A stretch of 64,000 bases of DNA, from the NCBI GenBank assembly GCA_019828565.1, contig JAHDYR010000005.1, positions 781,342-845,341 on the forward strand. Direction: 5' to 3'. Positions 50,922 through 59,054 of the stretch are shown piece after piece. Both the position numbers and the translations under genes were made by a program. The stretch is from Carpediemonas membranifera BICM (taxonomy: Eukaryota; Protista; Fornicata). How positions within the stretch are numbered: position 1 is the stretch's first letter; the number at the start of each line of letters is the position of its first letter. Under the pieces are notes generated by a model that saw nothing but the letters and a program-made list of their open reading frames with translations, was not told the DNA's origin and did no database searches.

Positions 50922-53765
50922 CTACCCCACGACTCCCGCGATCAGAGACCGCAAATCACTCACCCTCTGACCAGGCTCACACGACTCGACGAAGGCTCTC
51001 CTGCTGTCGCACAGCGATGGCCCGATAGCATCCTGAAGCGGGGGCTGGCTGTTCTCCTCGACAACATCACTCAACGTCGCCTGTATCGCATCCCAGAAGG
51101 GCGTCACGTGTGGTGTGAACGTCGGGTTCGCCCGGGCCAGCTGTAGTAGCCTGAGGATGCCCAGGGCGAGTGCCATCCGCTTCGACCTCGACATGGACGT
51201 GTCGAACGCCTCAAGGGACAGTGCGACGATGATCGCCACGGGAGTCGCACTCGGCGCTGGCTGGCCCGCCTTGGTGCCGATGAGGGCCTCGAGGGCGTCT
51301 AGGCGATCGGGCGGGATATTCGTAATCTGCAGAATCTCAAGGACCATCGCGGGGCAGTAGAAGATGACGCGACACACCAGGGTGATACAGGAGGACACCA
51401 CGAGCGGGCGCGACGACATGATCGCGGAATCCACCATCAATTTCAAGATACGACTTAGAATCTTCTGATTCTCGACCTCCGTGCCCTCTGGCATCGCGTG
51501 TATGTGCGATTGGTCGTGTGGCAGCAGGATCCGCGCGAGGCTATCCAGTACACTGATCGCCGCGAGCGCGATCCTGGGTTGACCGTCGTTGACCACCTGA
51601 CCGACGGTGGCCAGGAGCCGGTCGAAGATGACTGGGTCAGTTAGCATCTCGGGGGCCAGGAAGGCGACATGGTCGAGACACACTAGGCATGCCTGGATCA
51701 GTGGTGGGTCGTCGAGGGCGGCGTCGATCGCGTTGAATACCAGGCTGACGAGGGAGGGCATGTCCTGCAGCGGCTGGCGGGTGTTGAGGAATATGGCGTT
51801 GAGCAGGCCGATCGCGCTGTCTGCGAGGTTGACGAAAGCGTCGGATCCCGAGTCGCCCGAGAACGAGACGAGCGGGAGCACTGATGCGATGACCGCGGCG
51901 GGTTCGGACACGGGCGCCATGACCTTGATGACAACTCGACACAAGTCGATGATGTGTGTCTGTAAGTGCGGCGTCGCTTGGGCGGACGTCCACAGGTTGG
52001 GCAGAGCGGCCATGACAGGGCCGAGGTAGCTGCCGACGGAGGCCCCGATCTCCTGAGTGAGCAGGATCACCGCCTTGAGGACGTACGTCGCGACGTCGTC
52101 GGGGCAAGTCTCGATCGTGGCGACGCAATACTGGAGGGTGGTCTCGAGTACGGTGCCCTCGACCTGCTGCAGCCATGCAGTATCCCCGGACATCAGAAGC
52201 ACCAGGGAGTGGAGGGCAGTCACCGAGACGACCTGCACACGGCCGGGCTGGTCCTCGGACGGTGGCTTGAGCATGGAGGCGAGCAGTGTGGCACACTGGG
52301 CCAGCATCTCGGGCTGCAGGGTGAATGCGATCGACCCTATGAGCGAGGCGAGCCGTCTGGTGAGTAGGGCCGACCGGCCCATGGCGACCTCGTGGACCCG
52401 CGTCAGCAAAGAGCTGAAGTCGACCTCGCCTTCTAGGAAGTACACACACGACCCTATCGCCCGCAGCGCCGTGTCGGTGAGCCGCACATCCATGTCCGGC
52501 GCCCCGAGAGTGCCCAGGACAGTCATGGCACGCTTCAGCACGAGGTCATGGAACTTGTCAGACTCGCATAGTCCCATGACAAGCAGGTCCGCGCAACGGC
52601 GCAAGAAGTCGTCGTTGGCGCCGTCCTCAAGGGCGATGTCGTCCGGGTCGGCGTCCCATAGTTCCTCCTCCCGATCGTGCAGGATAAGGAAGCGGTTGAA
52701 GCACTGGGCGATCAGCTCCTCGGCCACGGCCTGGGAGAAGTGGGCCTCCATCAGCGGGGCTGCCTTGATGAGCGTGTCGCCCGGCTTGGTCGTGTACTCT
52801 CCCGTCTCGAGCAGCGTGTACAGCACTTTCAGCGCCCAGCCACACGCGACACGCTCCTTGGTCTCCTGGACGGTGTAGTCGACCCCTGCGTAAAACTGCA
52901 GCGTGTGCAGGCTCAGCGCGATGAAGCGGGGAATCACGGTGACGGCGGGGGCGGAGAAGCGCCGCAGGAGAGTGCACACGAGCTTGTTGGCCCAGCGCAG
53001 CACGCTCCACGCGGCGTCCACGGTGTCTTTCTCGCCGACTGGTGCGATCGCGGTGACGGAGGACATCACGAGGGCGACAACGGGGAGCAGGGCGTCCGCC
53101 ATGGCCGAGGGGACGGGGTCCGTCATCGCCTGGGTCGTGCGGATGAGCTCCTCGAGCACGGCGAGTGTCTCCGGGGTCTGCTGCTGCTGTAGGACGGCCT
53201 GGTACCGATTCCCAATAATCGCGAGCACCTCGGGGGCGATGGCGTTGAAGCTGCCGCGCCTGGTCGCTATCCTACGCTGCGTCAGCCGCTTGATGACTGT
53301 CCTAAGTGTCTTTGCGGCGAGCATGGGGTTGGGGCAGGCCGTGATAAAGCCACGATACTCCTCCCAATGCGCGGGGAAGTCGCGGTGCGCGGCGTTGGCG
53401 ATCGCCTCGGGTATTCCCGCCCGGTAGACGAGGGACTCCTCAATCTGGTTGGGTATGGTGAGTAGCGCGGTCCGTATGACGTCGATCTCAGCCTGTGTGA
53501 TGGTGCTTGTCCGCGATCTGCTCTTCCACTGCGAGCGGACAAAGTTCTGCGTAATGGGCGCGTATGGTGGTTGTATACGTACTTTAAAGCACAGACCGGC
53601 AATCAAGCGGGTCTCTGGGACTCTGGATGTGTCAGCGAAGATCTCGAGTAGCGCAGAGGCGAAGCCGCTCTGTTCCTCGAGTTCTACTAGCTTTGAAAAC
53701 GCTTGTTCGTGTTTCCATTGGTTATTTGTCTCGACTAGGAGCATAGCAATAGACTCTGCGTCCAT
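50922..53765 (-). CDS. IPO11: Importin-11/Kap120 (importin-beta family); probable in-frame intron 53547-53582
   Basis: Spliced RLIAGLCFK|NFVRSQW; AHRDFPAHW; VIKRLTQRRI; FLILHDREEELWDADPD. Confidence 0.75.
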   Translation of the reverse strand: MDAESIAMLLVETNNQWKHEQAFSKLVELEEQSGFASALLEIFADTSRVPETRLIAGLCFKVRIQPPYAPITQNFVRSQWKSRSRTSTITQAEIDVIRTALLTIPNQIEESLVYRAGIPEAIANAAHRDFPAHWEEYRGFITACPNPMLAAKTLRTVIKRLTQRRIATRRGSFNAIAPEVLAIIGNRYQAVLQQQQTPETLAVLEELIRTTQAMTDPVPSAMADALLPVVALVMSSVTAIAPVGEKDTVDAAWSVLRWANKLVCTLLRRFSAPAVTVIPRFIALSLHTLQFYAGVDYTVQETKERVACGWALKVLYTLLETGEYTTKPGDTLIKAAPLMEAHFSQAVAEELIAQCFNRFLILHDREEELWDADPDDIALEDGANDDFLRRCADLLVMGLCESDKFHDLVLKRAMTVLGTLGAPDMDVRLTDTALRAIGSCVYFLEGEVDFSSLLTRVHEVAMGRSALLTRRLASLIGSIAFTLQPEMLAQCATLLASMLKPPSEDQPGRVQVVSVTALHSLVLLMSGDTAWLQQVEGTVLETTLQYCVATIETCPDDVATYVLKAVILLTQEIGASVGSYLGPVMAALPNLWTSAQATPHLQTHIIDLCRVVIKVMAPVSEPAAVIASVLPLVSFSGDSGSDAFVNLADSAIGLLNAIFLNTRQPLQDMPSLVSLVFNAIDAALDDPPLIQACLVCLDHVAFLAPEMLTDPVIFDRLLATVGQVVNDGQPRIALAAISVLDSLARILLPHDQSHIHAMPEGTEVENQKILSRILKLMVDSAIMSSRPLVVSSCITLVCRVIFYCPAMVLEILQITNIPPDRLDALEALIGTKAGQPAPSATPVAIIVALSLEAFDTSMSRSKRMALALGILRLLQLARANPTFTPHVTPFWDAIQATLSDVVEENSQPPLQDAIGPSLCDSRRAFVESCEPGQRVSDLRSLIAGVVG
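53547..53582 (-). other. 36-nt in-frame, stop-free intron
   Basis: AAA|GTACGT...ATTAC GCAG|AAC; removal restores the conserved importin-beta N-terminal KN..W motif. Confidence 0.8.
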
Positions 53766-53936
53766 ACACGCTGTGTCGCCGTTCGTTGGATGACTCCAAC
53801 ACAGTCGCGTCAGCCAGGACGGCAGCGGTGAGGTTACACCGTCCAGTGACGACCTTTCCTACGTGTGCGCACGGTGGTGGGTTCAAGAGAGGTGGCTGTG
53901 GCTCTGCCATGGCCACCGCACTTTAAGACACAAACA

Positions 53937-54924
53937 ATGAGCGTTTCCCTGGAATTGGAGAAGCACAGGCGGTTCATCGTGGGTTTCTCAGGCGTATGTA
54001 TGCCCAATACCCCTCACTCAGTCGTCAGATTCCCTGCAGCACTCTCTCTCGGACTATCTGAGGATCAACGGCATCTACTGGTCCCTGTGCGGGCTGAGCC
54101 TCATGGATCCTGAGTATATACGCTCCGACTTTAACGAAGAGGAGATCATTAGCTTCACACTGGCATGTCGTAATGGCACCGGCGGGTTTGGAGGCTTCCC
54201 CGGCTTCGACGCCAGCCTCGTCTACACACTCTCTGCCATCCAAGTCCTCGCGCTGTATGATGCCCTGGACCGTATAGAAGACGTAGAAAAGACTGTATCC
54301 TGGATAGCTTCTCTGCAGCACGAGAACGGGTCCTTCCAGGGCGACCACCACTTCCCCGACGTCGACACGCGCTTTGTGTACTGCGCTGTCGCCTCACTGT
54401 CGATTCTAGACCGGTTAGACGCGATTGACTGCTCCAAGACGATCTCGTACATAGTCTCTTGCCAGAACTGGGACGGCGGCTTCGGCCTCAAGCCCGGCCG
54501 CGAGTCCCACGCCGCGCAGGCCTTCTGCTGTGTCGGGGCAGTCTCCATTCTCAAGTCGGTCGACTCCATCGATAAGGATAGCTTGGTCTTCTGGCTCTCG
54601 ACACGACAAGACACCAACACCGGCGGGCTCAACGGCCGGCCCGATAAGGACCCAGACGTCTGCTACTCCTGGTGGGTCGTCAGCACCCTCGCTATTCTGG
54701 ACAGCCTCAGCTTCATCGACGTCCCCCGGTTGGTGACTTTTGTCAGGAGGGCACAGGACGTCGTCGACGGCGGCATCGCCGACAGGCCCGAGCACATGGC
54801 CGACATCTACCACACGTTCTTCGGGCTTGCGGGGATCGCCCTGCTTGACGAGACGGGCGGGCTGAAGGCCATCGACCCAACATATGCGCTGCCCGTCGAC
54901 GTCGTGGCCCGGATCTTGGGATGA
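53937..54924 (+). CDS. RABGGTB: Rab geranylgeranyltransferase (type II) beta subunit; intron 53994-54021
   Basis: LEKHRRFI...|SSDSLQHSLSDYLRINGIYW; ESHAAQAFCCVG; GLNGRPDKDPDVCYSWW; DIYHTFFG. Confidence 0.93.
53994..54021 (+). other. 28-nt intron
   Basis: GTATGT...CTCAC TCAG; removal restores the frame and the homology. Confidence 0.88.
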
Positions 54925-54958
54925 GGGTGTTCGTTACAATATGTAAAGAGCAAGTCGG

Positions 54959-55327
54959 TCAAGGGATTCAGAGACGCTGTAGCCGAGTTCGGCGACCGCC
55001 CCTTCCAGGGCACGCGTCAGAAGGTTGACGTCGACTCCTACCGCGACTACAACTGGCGCACGTACCGCGAGGTCGCGGTCAAGGTCGACCAGCTCCGCGA
55101 CTTCCTCCGCACGACCAACCTCAAGCCCGGCGACAACGTCATCATCTACGGACGCAACCGGGAGGAGTGGCTCCAGGCCGACCTTGCCTGCATGGCCGCC
55201 GGCCTCGTCTCCATGCCCCTCTACGACGCCCTGGGCATCGACAACCTCATGCACATCGGCGCGCTGACGGAGGCGAAGGCCGCCTTCGTCGACAAGCGCC
55301 ACACTGCCCTCATGCTCTCGCTCAAGG
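54959..55327 (+). pseudogene. 369-bp inverted duplicate of an internal acyl-CoA synthetase fragment (source 48317-48685)
   Basis: Reverse complement of 48317-48685 with one substitution seen (55213, G>A); lacks the gene's start and 3' end. Confidence 0.92.
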
Positions 55328-55550
55328 TCGGCAGCGTCCCGATGCTTCTTTCCTTCCTGCCATAGTCACCCAAGCAAAAGGGAATGCTGCCCATGGTTTC
55401 TCGTGGCGGTCAAAATATTTGGTACCCCAATCTCAGGCTCGTGTGCAGAGTTGGAAGCGCTTGTTGAGCCCTACCAAGCGAATTTTTGTGTTGCGGTATT
55501 TAGCGAAATTTAGCGCCGCCACAAACAAGACAGAACAAGAAATCAGCAGA

Positions 55551-55694
55551 ATGGGACAGAAATTAACCAACATATCGGTTGACTGTGGCAGAGGCGATGG
55601 AGACAACATTCACCGCCATTGCGGCGTGGATCCTGAGGCAAATCCTGAAGTGACCACGGATAGAACTCGTGTCCGCACCATTGGCGGGTTCTAA
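55551..55694 (+). CDS. 47-aa putative N-myristoylated micropeptide (GGF-tail family, copy 2)
   Basis: MGQKLT start after an A-rich leader; C-terminal PEVTTDRTRVRTIGGF* aligns with 32694..32846. Confidence 0.6.
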   Translation: MGQKLTNISVDCGRGDGDNIHRHCGVDPEANPEVTTDRTRVRTIGGF

Positions 55695-55934
55695 TCAGGA
55701 TAGCGCTAGTCCATGAGGAAGAGGAGCCCTATGGGTTAGTTTACTAAAGGACCAATAGATTCATCTTTTGCCCGGTTTGCGTTAACCCAGTCATGTCAGG
55801 AAGCCAAATGCTCTGAGCGTATCTATGAGGTTCACACCTGCTCAGCTCAAAGCCCTGCGTGGGATAGCTTGACCTTGGCGGTGGCCCAGAGGGAATGAAT
55901 CGCTCTCATTCCCAACCAGCCAGCAATAAACGCT

Positions 55935-58886
55935 TTAAACCAAATACCACTTGCCGCGGGCACGTCTCGACTCCTGCCGCATCGCCCTCCTTGGGTGCGC
56001 GAGTGCTGGCCGCAGCCTGAATGTCACGAGCCTCTTGAGATCATCCTTGGTGTCGCCCATCGCGGCGATGTCCGCGCAGGCGTACAGTAGCCTCATGAGG
56101 GCGACCAAGAGTTGATCATAGCTATCATCGCCACAGGCCGCCGTCGCGACGCTCTCAAGGCTCTCCGTGACAACCGCCTGCACCGTTGTCGCCATCGTGG
56201 CGGCCGACATCGTTGCAATCCGGGCCAGGGCCCGGGCACATTGCTCGGCGACCTCTGGGGCGACCTCGATATCGCCATGGTGCCCGATCCCGCCCAGCAT
56301 GGCGTATACAGCCTCGCCGCCGCGAAGCTTGCACACGACGGGGATGGCGGCGTCCGGGACGGTGGAGAGAAGGCCGGCGAGGGCCACAAGGACGGCCGAC
56401 TGACGCTCAGGTTTGCCGTACACCTGGCCCTCGAGGCCGAGGAGCTGTCCCGCGAGCTCGATGAGGAGTTTGTTGTCCACGCCGTTGCCGACCATGTCGC
56501 GGACCCTACTCGCGATGAGGGAGCCGGCAGAGATGGGGCCGAAGCCAATCATGCGGGTGAGCGTGCCTAGGATGGTGCGGAGCGTCGTCTGGTTGAGGGC
56601 CGAGGCGCGTGACTCGACTAGGGTCACGGCGCACAGGATCAGGCCCGAGAGCGCGTCACTTGGCTCAATCGCCTCCATGGCGTCCGCGAGAGCAAGGCCG
56701 AGCACCTCTGCGAGCCAGTCGGCCCTGTCCGGGGTCAGGAAGGCGCTAAGGGTCCGCGTGGCGAGGCAGACGGTGTCGCCCCCCGCCCCGGTGAGGGCTA
56801 TGCCGTGGATAACCTCGGCCGCACGGTCGGCGAGGGCATGCTCGTCGTGTGCAAGGACGATGAGAGCGGGGACAGCGGCTTGGGCGCTTGAGACAGCGGC
56901 GGGGGCGGGGGTGGGGGCAGTCTCGTCCCGCTGGGCCGCGGAAAGGACGGCAAGGGTGCGGACGTCGGCCTCGTCGATCAGCTTGACAAGCGTGGGCAGT
57001 TCAGGCGACTCGGCGACACGGGGTCTGAGTGTCGAGGCGAGCACGACGGCCCTGTCCTCCGCGAGGAGGGGCATCGCCTTGATGAGGGCCGTCGTGGTCT
57101 CAGAGGGCACTGACCCGTGGATCTTGGACAGCGCGAAGAGCGCCGTCTCGAGCATGAGGCTGTGTGTCAGATCGGGCACGGCGCACCGCACCAGGGCGAG
57201 CAGCTCGTCGTCGGTGCCGCATCGGGCATACACCAGGGCGACATCGGATACGCTAGGGCTCTCAGGCAGGGCCGCGGGGCAGCGGGCAGGGGCCGTGGGA
57301 TGCTGGTGCAGGTGCCTCAGCAGGGCGAGAGCGGGGCCGGTGACGGGGTCCTCGATGAGGGCGGCGAGGGAGGGGAAGGGGCGGGCCTCGACCTGGGCGA
57401 TCAGGTCGCTGATCAGGGCGGGTATGAAGCCCTCCTGGGGTCTATTGAGGCCTGTGGCGACAGTAGAAATGATGTCGTCAGTGACGGCACCCACCCCACC
57501 GACGATGTCGAACCACGTCCGCACCAGACGGACGGCGACAGCGGCAACGTCAGACTCTGACGGCGCAGGCTTGTCCGAGACGACGGCGAGGGTAGCCACG
57601 AGCATGGCCGCGATGGGGTGGATGGCGTCGCACGGCCTGGGGCTCTTTGGCTGCTCGACGTCATCCGTCGCCTGCTGCAGCGCCCGGTCCATGCCGCTGA
57701 CCCTGCCGCTGAGGGCCGCGAGGATCCTGGCGGCGCCGTTGACCCAGATAACATGGTCCTGCCCCTCCTTCGTCTGAGACTGCTCCCACGCCATGAACAG
57801 GCGTCGGAACAGTGCCACGAGCAGCGGGGGAGCGAGGGTCGAGGCCCTGGCCGACTTGGCCGCCACAACGCCGAGGTCGAGGACCCCCGCGGCGGCCTGC
57901 TGGGACCCCGAGTCGAAGCGGTATTCTCTACGGCAGTACTCGGTCAGCTGGTCGCCGGTGACCGGGTCGACGTCGAGGACCTTGCCCAGACACGAGAGGG
58001 CGGCCTTCTTGGTCAGGGCCGACCCGTGGCACGCCTCCTGGACTGTCTCCCACCACAAGTCCCGCGTGAACTGGGCGATCGGAGCCAGGCCGTGGCGTGC
58101 GATGACGTGCTCAACGTCGAGGAAGCACGCGATCTTGTCCTTCTCCTTGGCGAGGGCCATGTGATCGATGATGAAGGGCACCGAAAGCTGTGTGATGTGG
58201 CCAGACCCGAACAACACATTGTTGTACGCGTCGAGCAGCGTCTCGCGGGGCAGTGGATGGGGGTCGTCTGGCACGGGTTCGTATGAGAGGGGATAGTAGA
58301 GGGCGAGGTCATCGAACACGTCCTGGAGGGAGGACATAAGATCGTCCTCGGAAACGCCGTCCTCCATGTCGATCGTCGCCTCGACCACGGCAATCAGGCG
58401 ACTCAAGGTCTGAAAGAAGAGGAGCAGGCTCTGTGGCGCCTTCTCACCCTGGCCCGCGGAGACGCATAAGTCGATCAGCTCGAGAGACTGAGCGCAGGGG
58501 GCCTCGATTGTCGATGCCACACGGGAGATGAGGTGCATGATCGGTGCACGGACAGAGGAGGGCTGGTACTGGATGCGTACGTGCTTGATGACGGTGCGGA
58601 GAAGGACAATGAGTTGCTTAGTCGTGAAGGAGGAAAAGAAGCGCTCGCAGAGGGTGCACGACAGCTTAAGGAGGTTCATCGCAAGAGGGCGTTGGCGGAT
58701 ATACTGATCAATGAAGCTGGTGAAGTGAACAACGTCTGTGAAGGAAATTGCGATCTCCTCGGCCTCATCGACCTTGCTGAGCGCCTCACGGGACAGCTCG
58801 GTCTTCTTCGTGTCATTGGCGTCTTTGAATTCTGTTGTGAGCTCAGCTATGTACTTTCCAAGGTCCATACTGGCCCCAATCGTCAT
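55935..58886 (-). CDS. MMS19: MMS19/MET18 cytosolic Fe-S assembly targeting factor
   Basis: GEKAPQSLL...VFDDLALYYPLSYEPVPDDPHPLPRETL; C-terminal HPRRAMRQESRRARGKWYLV. Confidence 0.88.
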   Translation of the reverse strand: MTIGASMDLGKYIAELTTEFKDANDTKKTELSREALSKVDEAEEIAISFTDVVHFTSFIDQYIRQRPLAMNLLKLSCTLCERFFSSFTTKQLIVLLRTVIKHVRIQYQPSSVRAPIMHLISRVASTIEAPCAQSLELIDLCVSAGQGEKAPQSLLLFFQTLSRLIAVVEATIDMEDGVSEDDLMSSLQDVFDDLALYYPLSYEPVPDDPHPLPRETLLDAYNNVLFGSGHITQLSVPFIIDHMALAKEKDKIACFLDVEHVIARHGLAPIAQFTRDLWWETVQEACHGSALTKKAALSCLGKVLDVDPVTGDQLTEYCRREYRFDSGSQQAAAGVLDLGVVAAKSARASTLAPPLLVALFRRLFMAWEQSQTKEGQDHVIWVNGAARILAALSGRVSGMDRALQQATDDVEQPKSPRPCDAIHPIAAMLVATLAVVSDKPAPSESDVAAVAVRLVRTWFDIVGGVGAVTDDIISTVATGLNRPQEGFIPALISDLIAQVEARPFPSLAALIEDPVTGPALALLRHLHQHPTAPARCPAALPESPSVSDVALVYARCGTDDELLALVRCAVPDLTHSLMLETALFALSKIHGSVPSETTTALIKAMPLLAEDRAVVLASTLRPRVAESPELPTLVKLIDEADVRTLAVLSAAQRDETAPTPAPAAVSSAQAAVPALIVLAHDEHALADRAAEVIHGIALTGAGGDTVCLATRTLSAFLTPDRADWLAEVLGLALADAMEAIEPSDALSGLILCAVTLVESRASALNQTTLRTILGTLTRMIGFGPISAGSLIASRVRDMVGNGVDNKLLIELAGQLLGLEGQVYGKPERQSAVLVALAGLLSTVPDAAIPVVCKLRGGEAVYAMLGGIGHHGDIEVAPEVAEQCARALARIATMSAATMATTVQAVVTESLESVATAACGDDSYDQLLVALMRLLYACADIAAMGDTKDDLKRLVTFRLRPALAHPRRAMRQESRRARGKWYLV

Positions 58887-59054
58887 ATCAACTTTCGTCG
58901 TTGCTTGAATTACTCACCATGCGCCCTTGGGGTGCCTCTGAGTCAGGGCCACTCTTCCGCCTGATGGGGCTGGGCCGGAGCATCATCTCGACGCAGTAAC
59001 CTCTTTTTAAAAACGGCGGTTGCAGTTGCTTGAAATAACATGTAACCGGACTCT

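Noticed and set aside
55167-55550. 175-aa ORF fusing the duplicated fragment to micropeptide 2
   Set aside because: Starts at a non-ATG codon in an off-frame of the duplicate; ATG 55551 after an A-rich leader is the better start
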